Below, in pieces: positions 19,355-27,956 of a DNA stretch of 61,722 bases. Under the pieces are notes generated by a model. The model was not told the DNA's origin and did not search any database. It worked only from the letters and a program-made list of their open reading frames with translations. The first letter of the stretch is position 1. Every line of letters begins with the position of its first letter. Source of the stretch: Chloroflexota bacterium (GTDB lineage: Bacteria; Chloroflexota; Dormibacteria; CF-121); the NCBI GenBank assembly GCA_005889535.1, contig VBHC01000123.1, forward strand, positions 1 through 61,722, read 5' to 3'. The translations under genes were made by a program, and so were the position numbers.

Positions 19355-21706
19355 CTGACAGACAGAACCGTCTACGTCGTCCCGCATACGCACTGGGACC
19401 GCGAGTGGTACGAGACGTTTGCGACCTTCCGCACGCAGCTCGTCGAGCTCTGGGACCAACTGCTTGCCCTGACGGAGGCGGACCCTGACTTCCGCTTCCT
19501 GATGGACGGCCAGACGGTGGTCATCGACGATTACCTGGAAGTCCGCCCGGAAGCGAAGGCGCGGCTGGAGAGCGCGGTGGCTCGCGGCCAGATCCAGGTT
19601 GGGCCCTGGTACACGCTCCCCGATGAATTCCTCGTGTCCGGCGAAACGCTGGTTCGCGATTTGCAGCGAGGCATCGCCTCAGCCGAAACCCATGGAGGCT
19701 CGATGCGGGTCGGCTATCTTCCGGACTCGTTCGGCCACGCGGCCCAGATGCCGCAGCTCTACCGCCAGCTCGGATTTCGGCACGCGGCGGTCTGGCGCGG
19801 TGTTCCACTGGCCGTCGACCGAGTCGCCTTCATCTGGGAGGCACCAGATGGTAGCCGGATTCTCACCGCCTACATGGGCAACTCCTACTCGCATGGGGTG
19901 GATCTACCGACGGAGGCGGACCGCCTGGCCAGCCGGATCGCCGACGCGCTGCAGGCCATCGAACCATTTGGTCCTACCGCCGATGTCCTGCTGATGAACG
20001 GGAACGACCACGTCCTCCCCCAGCGGGCCCTGAGCGCCGCGGTCCGCGGCGCGAGCGGGCGTCTGAACGGGACCCGGATCCGACTCGCCCGCCTTGACGA
20101 TTATCTCGCCACCCTGCCGAAAGAGGGATGGCCGCTGTGGCGCGGGGAATTGCGCTCCTCCGCGCGAGCCAACGTGCTGATGGGGACGCTCTCCGTCCGG
20201 GTCCGTGAGAAACAGCTCCACGCGCGGGCGACCCGGATGCTGGAGCGGCTGGCCGAGCCGATCGCCGCCCTGTCTCGGATCGATGTCGCTGAGGCACTGG
20301 ATCAGGCCTGGACACTGTTGCTGCAGAACGCGGCCCACGACACTGCATGCGGCTCCGGGATCGACGCCGTCGCCGAGGAGTCTGGACAGCGGAGCCTCTC
20401 CGCCCTTCGGATTGCCGGTGGCGCCGTCGACCGCGGGCTTGCCGGGCTGGCCGGTGACGGCCAGGTCTGGAATCCGAGCCCGTTCGCACGACAAGGCCTG
20501 GTCGAGGCCGATGGCGCGCTGATCAGAACGCCGATGATTGCTGGCTGCTCCGTCGGCTCCCTTCTGAGCAGCCGCCCTCGGGTCCCGGCCAGTGGCCGGT
20601 CGATGCGCCTTGAAAACGCGCTCCTGGCGTGTGAGCTGACGCCGGATGGCACGTTCAGCGTGGTCGACCGGCAAACGGGTACACGCTACCCGGCCCTCCA
20701 CCGGCTGGTCGACGAGGGCGATGCCGGCGATGAATACAACTTCTCGCCGGTGGCGGCCAACCTACCGCCGCCCAATCCGGTGCGCAATTTCACCAGCGTC
20801 GTCACGGAAGCGGGTCCGCTCCGCGCCCGTCTCGAGGCCCGCTTCGACTATGTGGTCCACAGTGGGCTCAGCCGAAACCGCCGGCGCCGGGCGGACATCG
20901 ACACCACGCTGCCGGTTCGGCTTGTGCTCTCGCTCGAGGCCGAGGAGCCGCGGCTCGACATCGAGCTGGCTGTCGTCAACCGGGCGACCGATTATCGGCT
21001 CCGGGTCCATTTTCCCCTCCCCTTTTCCGCCACAGAATCGGCCGCGGACACGCCGTTCCATGTGACTCGGCGCCCCGTGGTCGGCGCCCGCCGCGACCCG
21101 GGGTCACCCGAGCTGGAGCTGCCGACCTATCCGATGTGGTCCTTCGTGGACGTCAGCGACGGCCGGGTTGGACTGGCCCTGATCACCGACGGCCTGCACG
21201 AATACGAAGTGCTGCCCGGCGCCCGACCGGAGCTGGCGCTGACCCTGCTGCGCGCGGTCGGCTGGCTCTCGCGAGAGGACCTGACCACCCGCACCGGGCA
21301 CGCCGGCCCGGCGCTCGAGACACCGGGCGCCCAGGTGCTCGGCGAACACCGGTTCCGTTACAGCCTCTTTTTCCATTCGGGCGATTGGGAACGCGGGGCC
21401 GTCTGGCGGGCGGCCGAGACCGCGTTGACCCCGATGCTGACGGGTCGCGGCCAAGCGGTTACGACGCTGGGTCCGGGCATCGAGCTGGAACCGGACTGCA
21501 TCCAGATGACCGCCTGCATTCCACGCCCGAACGGTTTCGATCTTCGGCTCTTGAATGCCTCCGACCAGCCACGCGTCGCGTTGGTTCGGCACGATGTCCG
21601 CCCCGCCGATGTCGCCTGGATCACGCTGGGCGGCGATCCCGGCGACGGCGTGATGCGGTTATCGTTGCGCCCCTGGCAGATCGCGACGCTGCGGATCAAC
21701 CGGTAG
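19355..21706 (+). CDS. GH38 alpha-mannosidase-like protein
   Basis: HTHWDREWY, in frame upstream of the ORF-track start; DGQT, GYLPDSFGH, HD..CG; apparent CTG start. Confidence 0.85.
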   Translation: MTDRTVYVVPHTHWDREWYETFATFRTQLVELWDQLLALTEADPDFRFLMDGQTVVIDDYLEVRPEAKARLESAVARGQIQVGPWYTLPDEFLVSGETLVRDLQRGIASAETHGGSMRVGYLPDSFGHAAQMPQLYRQLGFRHAAVWRGVPLAVDRVAFIWEAPDGSRILTAYMGNSYSHGVDLPTEADRLASRIADALQAIEPFGPTADVLLMNGNDHVLPQRALSAAVRGASGRLNGTRIRLARLDDYLATLPKEGWPLWRGELRSSARANVLMGTLSVRVREKQLHARATRMLERLAEPIAALSRIDVAEALDQAWTLLLQNAAHDTACGSGIDAVAEESGQRSLSALRIAGGAVDRGLAGLAGDGQVWNPSPFARQGLVEADGALIRTPMIAGCSVGSLLSSRPRVPASGRSMRLENALLACELTPDGTFSVVDRQTGTRYPALHRLVDEGDAGDEYNFSPVAANLPPPNPVRNFTSVVTEAGPLRARLEARFDYVVHSGLSRNRRRRADIDTTLPVRLVLSLEAEEPRLDIELAVVNRATDYRLRVHFPLPFSATESAADTPFHVTRRPVVGARRDPGSPELELPTYPMWSFVDVSDGRVGLALITDGLHEYEVLPGARPELALTLLRAVGWLSREDLTTRTGHAGPALETPGAQVLGEHRFRYSLFFHSGDWERGAVWRAAETALTPMLTGRGQAVTTLGPGIELEPDCIQMTACIPRPNGFDLRLLNASDQPRVALVRHDVRPADVAWITLGGDPGDGVMRLSLRPWQIATLRINR

Positions 21707-21729
21707 ACGGCGGCGGGTGGATTGGCCCG

Positions 21730-23763
21730 CTACGCCGCGGCGAACGCTTTCTCGCGGTTCATCCAGCGAGGCAGCGCGCTGAGCAACGCGGGGCCCTCGA
21801 CCTGCGTCTTGATGACGTACTCCAGGGCGCCCAACTGGATCGCGCGCTTGATCAGGGTGGGCTCGCTGAAGTTCGACATCACGACGACCGGCGTGTTCTT
21901 TGTCTCATCGGAGGCGCGCAAGGTCTGAAGCACAAGAATCCCATTCTGGCGCGGCATCATGACATCCAGCAGGATGACCTGCGGTTGCACCCGGGTGCAG
22001 AGGTCAACGCCTGACACCCCGTCGTTCGCGACTTCGACCTGGTAACCGTTGCCCTTGAAGAGCGTCGCGTAGTAGCTGGCGGCGGTGTGGTCGTCCTCGA
22101 TGATCACGATGGTCCCGGCGCTGGGTCGATCACCGTTTTCGTCGGTGGGCGTTTCGGGGACGCCGGCGTCAGGCGCTTCCGCGGTCTCGCTGCTCGTGAC
22201 AGGTACCGCTTCCTCAGATTCCGCCGGCGACGTCGGCCTCCACGCATCATATGCCTCGGCCACAGCAGGTTCCGTGGTGAGTTCGGCTGGCGGCGTGGTT
22301 TCAGCTGGCTCCTCGCCCGCCGTCTGCGCTGGCTCCTCGGAGGCCGCGCCGTCTTCGGCTCGTCCCCACGGTTCCGACCGCCAGGTCGAATCGGATGACG
22401 TCGCCTCGGGCTCGGCGGTTGACGTCTCCGCTGCCGCCGGCTCCTCGCCCCTGCTGGATTCCTCGCCCTTGTTGGATTCCTCGCCGAACATCATCGCCCG
22501 CATCGACCGGCGTGCGTCTGGTTTCCGCTCGGTCTCCGGCTCCGATCCCCGTACCCCGGCTGCCTCCGGCTCGGGCGTAAAGCCATGAGCCTCGGGTTCG
22601 CTGCTGGCCGTCTCCGAGACGTCCTCCACGCTCTCCGTCTTCTCCGATTCTCCAGCCGCGTCGACGTCGGCCGGCTCTTCAGCGGCAGGTGGGCCGAACT
22701 GCAGGGGCAGTGACTCTTCCTTCGCGGGAGCTGTTCTTGGCGGCGCGGTTGGGTCCGCTGCGGGCGTGGCCGGCTGCCAAGGCCCGGTCGACGCCTCGGC
22801 GGGTGGCGAGCCAGCCGCTGGCGTTACGGGTGACGTGACCGGCGCGCCGCTCGATGGGGCTGGAGGCGTCCAGCCCGTCGGGGGGAGCGGCTCCACTTTC
22901 TGCTGGACCATTTTCTCGAGGCTCTCGAGAACGTTGAAATTGAATCGCCGCCGTTTCGGCTTTCCCCGACGTCCGCCATCCTGGGCAGGCGACTCGCCCA
23001 TGGCGGGCTCGACCGCGGTTGGATTGCCGAAGGCCGGCATTCCCCCCGGCATGGCCGGAATACCGGGTGGCGCCATGGACGGCGGGGATGCCGAAGGTCC
23101 GCTGGAGGCCGCCGGCAAGCCCGGTTGTCCGAACGGCGCAGGTGGCCCGTACAGGCCGGGCGCGAACGGCGGGGGCATGGCTGAGGGGGCCGGACCCATC
23201 GGTTGCGATGGCGCCGATTGCGGCTGGTAGAACGGGACCTGGCCGGGTGGCCCGCCCGGCATGGGTCGCCCGGCGGCGGCGGGGAAGCCCCAGGGCGCCG
23301 GCGGCGGCGGCGCGGCCCACGGGGCGTTCGGTGTGGCGTACGGCGATGCCATCCCCGGTTGAGGGTGAGGTTGTGGAGGTCCGGCCTGCAGCGGATTCGT
23401 GTTCGGCGCCCAGCCGGCCGGCGTGGGCGGTGAGTAGATTTGCGGACCGGACATCCCGGCCTTTTGCAGCGCTGTGCCGAGGTTTCGCGCGTAGGTTCGG
23501 CCCCCCTTCACCGGCGGCAACGCTCCGCCTTCGGCGTGTCCTTCGTCGACGGGTGCGGCCGCCGCGTAACGCCGGCCGCCCTGAGGCGACCCACCTGACT
23601 TGGCGGCCGACAGGTCACGCTCCAGCCGCTCGTTCCGCCAGCGCGTGATCAGAAGCTGGATAGTGAACCAGCCGAGCAGCGCCGCGAGCAGGACGATGAC
23701 TTTGTCCCGGTTCGCGAAGACGAGGTGACTGAAGGGCGTCAGGAACTCTTGAAGGCCGCTCAT
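21730..23763 (-). CDS. Membrane-anchored protein with long Pro-rich/acidic disordered linker and C-terminal receiver domain
   Basis: N-terminal TM; IIEDD...LLDVMMPRQNG...MSN..YVIK at C-terminus. Confidence 0.8.
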   Translation of the reverse strand: MSGLQEFLTPFSHLVFANRDKVIVLLAALLGWFTIQLLITRWRNERLERDLSAAKSGGSPQGGRRYAAAAPVDEGHAEGGALPPVKGGRTYARNLGTALQKAGMSGPQIYSPPTPAGWAPNTNPLQAGPPQPHPQPGMASPYATPNAPWAAPPPPAPWGFPAAAGRPMPGGPPGQVPFYQPQSAPSQPMGPAPSAMPPPFAPGLYGPPAPFGQPGLPAASSGPSASPPSMAPPGIPAMPGGMPAFGNPTAVEPAMGESPAQDGGRRGKPKRRRFNFNVLESLEKMVQQKVEPLPPTGWTPPAPSSGAPVTSPVTPAAGSPPAEASTGPWQPATPAADPTAPPRTAPAKEESLPLQFGPPAAEEPADVDAAGESEKTESVEDVSETASSEPEAHGFTPEPEAAGVRGSEPETERKPDARRSMRAMMFGEESNKGEESSRGEEPAAAETSTAEPEATSSDSTWRSEPWGRAEDGAASEEPAQTAGEEPAETTPPAELTTEPAVAEAYDAWRPTSPAESEEAVPVTSSETAEAPDAGVPETPTDENGDRPSAGTIVIIEDDHTAASYYATLFKGNGYQVEVANDGVSGVDLCTRVQPQVILLDVMMPRQNGILVLQTLRASDETKNTPVVVMSNFSEPTLIKRAIQLGALEYVIKTQVEGPALLSALPRWMNREKAFAAA

Positions 23764-23893
23764 TCGACGGTTCCGCCTGCGGAAATGCGGCAGCTGATCG
23801 CATGGCAGGGGCGCTGGCTGGCCGCGGGCACGTTAATAGAACGGTGAGTGGCAGAAAGGCTGTCACTCGACGGAAGTGGACGTTACCGGACCG

Positions 23894-24193
23894 TCACGTC
23901 GAGGCGCCGGTCCGCTCGGCGAGCCGGAGATACCCCTCCTGCAAGCGCGGCAGCAACTGTGCAAAATTCACGGCCCATCCGATGCCAACCACCCGGTCGG
24001 TAAAGACGCGGCGATCAGCCGGATTCCAGTAGGCGTCCTTGAACCGCTTGAGCGTCGGAAAGCGGAAGTCGTAGGGGACCCCGCCGACCCGACCGTGCCA
24101 GCTCCGCTCGCCCTCCGGCTTGCTCAGCTCTTGGGCGACGGCAGCCAGCGTGAGGAAGAGAGCCGCGGCCCGAAGCAGACGACCGAGACGCAC
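23894..24193 (-). CDS. DUF5808-like small protein
   Basis: YWNPADRRVF...GIGWAVNFA. Confidence 0.7.
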   Translation of the reverse strand: MRLGRLLRAAALFLTLAAVAQELSKPEGERSWHGRVGGVPYDFRFPTLKRFKDAYWNPADRRVFTDRVVGIGWAVNFAQLLPRLQEGYLRLAERTGAST

Positions 24194-24196
24194 CGG

Positions 24197-24439
24197 TCAG
24201 CCGGCCTTGCGACCCTGGAATCCCAGGTTCGGAAGATCATCGCGAAGATTCTCCATGGACTTCGCGTAGACCCAGTAGTCGAGCGCAGCCTTCGAAAAGA
24301 CAACGCGTTCGCCGACTTTGGTGAATGGGATCTGATGCTTGCTGACCATGTCGTCGATCACGTCGGAGGGAACCCCCAGGTAGCTGGCGGCCTGGAGGGT
24401 GTTCATGACGTAGTTGACGCCAGTTGGATCGTAGATCAC
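24197..24439 (-). CDS. Excisionase/BldC-like HTH_17 DNA-binding protein
   Basis: MNTLQAASYLGV...IPFTKVGERVVFSKAALD.W; GTG start after GGAGGA. Confidence 0.75.
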   Translation of the reverse strand: MIYDPTGVNYVMNTLQAASYLGVPSDVIDDMVSKHQIPFTKVGERVVFSKAALDYWVYAKSMENLRDDLPNLGFQGRKAG

Positions 24440-24501
24440 GATCGAGTCCTCCAATGCTGAATTTTCGCTACCTATAATAGGGTTCGCTGCCGAGGCCTCA
24501 A

Positions 24502-24579
24502 GGCCCGTTCGTCTAGCTGGTCCAGGACGCTGCCCTCTCAAGGCAGAAATCAGCGGTTCGAATCCGCTACGGGCTACCA
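24502..24579 (+). tRNA. tRNA-Glu(CTC)
   Basis: Cloverleaf GGCCCGT...ACGGGCT-ACCA; anticodon arm CTGCC-CTCTCAA-GGCAG; GGTTCGAATCC. Confidence 0.95.
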
Positions 24580-24690
24580 CTCAACTGGACACTCTGCGGC
24601 TGTGCTTCCCGCTGAGGTTCTCCATCCCGACATTGGCGCTTGCCCGCAAGGTAACGTCGGTCATCGAGATTTAGCAGTCACAACACCGTC

Positions 24691-24939
24691 GTGTCTTACC
24701 CCACGCGACCCGAAGAAGATCAGGAGCGGACGCGGATCCAATTAGGCTGCGCCCTAGCGGCCGCCATTGGGATCGCTTTCCTGTTGCTTGTCCTCTTCGG
24801 AATCGTCTATTTGTTTTTCGTCGCTCTTGGGCATGTGACGATCGCTGCCGCAGCGGTTGAACAGACATCGCCTGGACTGGCGCCAAATTCGATTGTTCGA
24901 TTAGTGTCCGCCACGGGCTATAAAACCAATTTCGGATAG
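24691..24939 (+). CDS. Small membrane protein (cassette 1); ORF runs through the repeat, possibly truncated
   Basis: Long hydrophobic segment. Confidence 0.45.
   Translation: MSYPTRPEEDQERTRIQLGCALAAAIGIAFLLLVLFGIVYLFFVALGHVTIAAAAVEQTSPGLAPNSIVRLVSATGYKTNFG
24882..24920 (+). repeat. tRNA-Glu 3'-end-derived att-like repeat, copy 1
   Basis: GCCAAATTCGATTGTTCGATTAGTGTCCGCCACGGGCTA. Confidence 0.85.
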
Positions 24940-24986
24940 GTTCGGGCTATGCCTGCTGCGACACGTAGGCTTTGCCGCCCCCGGAG

Positions 24987-25571
24987 TCAGCTCCCAGGCC
25001 CAGCAACCGGCCCGAGAGAATTCGCGATCTGCCAGAACTCGGCTTCCGCGAAGCCCTCGGTGGAGAGGAAGTACGGGACGCCATACTCCGGCTTGATCTG
25101 GAGGTTCGGGCTGGCCGTGCCGGGCTCTCCCCAGTCAATGAACCTCCGGCTGGTGGGCGGCGACTGGCTATCGACCTGGTAAAGGGCCGTAACCCCGCGG
25201 AAACGCGGGTATGACTGGGTACCGTCTGGCTGCGGCGGCGGCGGTTGGGCTATCCCGAGCTCGAAGAAGATACGCCGCGAGCCGTCCACGCTGGCATAGG
25301 TGACCTGAAAGTCATCGGCCGACACTGTCACCTGGGCGGTGTATCCGACAGGAATTGCTTTAGGCAGAAGCACCGGCCGCGACCCGGTCACTGTCCGCCC
25401 GATCAGGGCCGCTGCCTCGTCCAACGAGAGGGTGCGCGGCATCGTGGCCGGGGTGGGGGAAGTCGGGGTCGTGTTGGTCGCCCGAGAGATATGTTGGGCC
25501 CCGCCGCACGCGCTGAGAATGAGGGTCGCCGCAATGGCGAGGCCGGAACCCGCGCGGGCTAGCTTGCGCAC
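24987..25571 (-). CDS. Putative lipoprotein (cassette 2)
   Basis: Lipobox LSAC, Thr/Pro linker. Confidence 0.7.
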   Translation of the reverse strand: MRKLARAGSGLAIAATLILSACGGAQHISRATNTTPTSPTPATMPRTLSLDEAAALIGRTVTGSRPVLLPKAIPVGYTAQVTVSADDFQVTYASVDGSRRIFFELGIAQPPPPQPDGTQSYPRFRGVTALYQVDSQSPPTSRRFIDWGEPGTASPNLQIKPEYGVPYFLSTEGFAEAEFWQIANSLGPVAGPGS

Positions 25572-25801
25572 CTTCTAGCTGTGTTAACGATCGCCGCTCC
25601 GGAAAGTTCCTCGGGCTCTGCAGCAAGGTACCAAAGTGCACGCTTTAGACTCGCAGATGGGGAGTCGGCAGACGCCCTAGAGGCTGGGCAACCTGTCATT
25701 GAATAGGCTCCCGGGGGTCTCCTGCTCCCCTCGCTTAAGCTCCCGGTGTCCTTGACACTGCCTCGCGGTGCCCACTTAAACTACGGGTCTGCTGGGACCG
25801 A

Positions 25802-25840
25802 CCCAATTAAATTGTTCGATTAGTGTCCGCTGGGGCTACC
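25802..25840 (+). repeat. att-like repeat, copy 2
   Basis: CCCAATTAAATTGTTCGATTAGTGTCCGCTGGGGCTACC. Confidence 0.8.
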
Positions 25841-25961
25841 GCCGAACTCCGGTTCCATGGCCGACGCGCCTGCGCCGAATGTGTAATCCCGTGCGGATCT
25901 GGTCGTGCCGCCGAGCCACCCGCTTACCATAAGGGCGCTAACAGGACATGAGAGGTGAGCC

Positions 25962-26324
25962 ATGGAGCAGGTGCTAACGATCTCGACAACCTGGGGAACG
26001 AACGACCCAACGAAGGCAACGATCCCATTCCATCTAGCCCGCGGCGCCAAGCAGACCGGCATTGATGTCCGGATTGTTCTCGCGGGCGACTCGACAGACC
26101 TGATCCGCTCGGGCGTTGCGGAGACGGTACGAGGCAAGGGCGTACCGCCGCTTGCTGAAGTTCTGGACTTCGCGCGCGAAAACAAAATCCCAGTGCATGT
26201 CTGAAAGGGTTGCGCCGAGGCCCGTGGGGTCTCTCAGGCTGAGGTCGATGCCATCGGCGGATCGTGGATCGATCCAAAAGGTTGGACGCGCTTGATCATT
26301 GAGGGACGTAACATCGCGTTCTAA
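25962..26324 (+). CDS. DsrE/DsrF-family protein, probable selenoprotein (in-frame TGA 26202-26204; cassette 3)
   Basis: DPTKATIPF..A.GA...V.I.L.GD DsrE pattern; V-TGA-K-G-C-AEARG sits at the CxxC position; frame continues 39 codons to TAA. Confidence 0.8.
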
Positions 26325-26354
26325 TTAGACGGTCGTGCCTGACGGCGACGAGTC

Positions 26355-26391
26355 GCCAAAGCCGTGTCCGATTAGTGTCCGCCACGGGCTA
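26355..26391 (+). repeat. att-like repeat, copy 3
   Basis: GCCAAAGCCGTGTCCGATTAGTGTCCGCCACGGGCTA. Confidence 0.85.
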
Positions 26392-26420
26392 TGACTACCC
26401 CAACTCTTGAATAGGCCGAG

Positions 26421-27077
26421 CTATCGAGTGATGTTGGTCTTGGCCCTCGCCGCACTGGCTAAGCGCCCGGCGCTGCGCCTGCGCCATAGGACGATACCGC
26501 CAATTCCAGCTGCGATCAGAACCAGCGCCGCGACCTCGGGCAGGAGCTCGATCGGCGACCACGGCGACCGGCCCATCGCCCAGACGGTCAAACCGCTCGG
26601 CATGGTTGAGCATTGGACCTCGCCTTTGCTGCTGTAGCGCGTCGGAGGCAATCCATCATCGGCGCTCCGTGTCAGGTGGGCCCAGAGACCGCCTCTGTTA
26701 GCGTTGGTAAAGGTGACGTCAAGCGAGTTCAGCACGAGATGTTCGTGTTGCCGATGTCGCGCCGCGAAATAGGCCATCAAGTTCTCCCGGTCGTACGCTT
26801 CCGCGTTGAGACGCTGTCCAGGGGCATCCGTTGCATACCAGACAAACTGCTGCTGGGATACGAGTCGGTCCAGTTGGGCGATGTCGCCCCGGTTGAAGGC
26901 ATCAATGAAGCGCTCGACGACCTGGCGGACTCCTTGGGGCGTGCATTGATTTGGAGTACCGGGCGAGCCCGATGCAGCTCCCACCTGGCAACCGGCCAGA
27001 AGGACGAGCTGCGTGCAGCTCGCCACGATTAGCCAGAGACGTCTGCCCATCGCCAGAACGACGCGGGCCTTGCCCAT
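26421..27077 (-). CDS. Putative lipoprotein with NTF2-like fold and C-terminal TM (cassette 4)
   Basis: LAGC lipobox; VERFIDAFNRGD; C-terminal TM + RRR. Confidence 0.6.
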   Translation of the reverse strand: MGKARVVLAMGRRLWLIVASCTQLVLLAGCQVGAASGSPGTPNQCTPQGVRQVVERFIDAFNRGDIAQLDRLVSQQQFVWYATDAPGQRLNAEAYDRENLMAYFAARHRQHEHLVLNSLDVTFTNANRGGLWAHLTRSADDGLPPTRYSSKGEVQCSTMPSGLTVWAMGRSPWSPIELLPEVAALVLIAAGIGGIVLWRRRSAGRLASAARAKTNITR

Positions 27078-27134
27078 TCCCCTGCGGCGCAGCCTACCCC
27101 ACGCCGACGGCTTACGACGGGTCTTTGGAGACCG

Positions 27135-27173
27135 GCCAATTCAATTGTTCGATTAGTGTCCGCCACGGGCTAC
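27135..27173 (+). repeat. att-like repeat, copy 4
   Basis: GCCAATTCAATTGTTCGATTAGTGTCCGCCACGGGCTAC. Confidence 0.85.
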
Positions 27174-27230
27174 TCGCTGAAATCTGAGCGCCACACCGGA
27201 CAGTCAGCATTCGCGATCCGGCCGCAGTAC

Positions 27231-27629
27231 TTAATCGCGGACCTCGCGAAATCCGGCTGCTGTGAAATCGCCGTCAAAAGCCAGCGCTTCCCGGATTCGT
27301 AGCGATCGCATGAGAGCAAAGCTCGTCGCGTCCACGAAGGAATATTCGCGCTCGTCATGACGGCGCAGCCAACGTAGCGCCGCCGTCTCTAAATCGGCAG
27401 ATACAACAACCAGTCGAAGCCGCGGCGACCGGTCGATTGAATCGAGAAAATCAACTGCCGATCGGTGCCCGGCGCGCCGCCGGAGGAATGTCCACGTCTC
27501 CCCGCGGACGTGATTGCTGGTGACCAGTGGCTCCGCGGCGTGGCTTGCCAGAAGGCTTCGTGCCAGGTCGTGAGAATTGTCGCGGCGGTTACGAAGCGCC
27601 ACCCAGAACGACGTATCGACAAAGATCAC
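27231..27629 (-). CDS. vapC: VapC PIN-domain toxin
   Basis: FVDTS, E.W, SFVDA.SF, FDGDF. Confidence 0.9.
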   Translation of the reverse strand: MIFVDTSFWVALRNRRDNSHDLARSLLASHAAEPLVTSNHVRGETWTFLRRRAGHRSAVDFLDSIDRSPRLRLVVVSADLETAALRWLRRHDEREYSFVDATSFALMRSLRIREALAFDGDFTAAGFREVRD

Positions 27630-27838
27630 CGATAGACGACATCGTCGATCGCGGCGGGCTCGAAGTCATCAGCACCGGCCATCCGTCCGATGGGGTCGGC
27701 CGACAGTGGGGGGAGCGGCTTAAGGCGCTCGCGAACGTAGAGCCGGATCAAAGCGGCCTTCGACGTACGGGCCTCGAGCGCGGCCCTCTCTAGTTCCGCG
27801 TCGACGTCCTCTTCGATCATGATCTGGAGCCGTTTCAT
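27626..27838 (-). CDS. CopG/RHH antitoxin (VapB-like)
   Basis: MKRLQIMI...SKAALIR; overlaps vapC start. Confidence 0.8.
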   Translation of the reverse strand: MKRLQIMIEEDVDAELERAALEARTSKAALIRLYVRERLKPLPPLSADPIGRMAGADDFEPAAIDDVVYR

Positions 27839-27956
27839 GGTTGGAGTATACATCACTTCTTTGATGTTGATGTAAGAATAGGTTCGCGGCTAGATACTCT
27901 TCCTGCGTCGGGGCCTGACCCTTGACTGCCGGATCGCCCTCCTCGATGCTTCGACT

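Noticed and set aside
6085-20701. Long antisense/alternate-frame ORFs (6085-7494, 10797-11888, 15693-17678, 19904-20701 and similar)
   Set aside because: Shadow ORFs of well-supported genes, expected in high-GC DNA
24440-24580. N-terminal extension of the HTH ORF
   Set aside because: It is the antisense of tRNA-Glu
25752-25782. TTGACA...TAAACT promoter
   Set aside because: 19-nt spacer and no adjacent co-oriented gene before the repeat
24882-27173. Repeats of about 38 bp as a CRISPR array
   Set aside because: Spacers are 0.5-0.9 kb and contain genes; no cas genes; repeats derive from the tRNA 3' end
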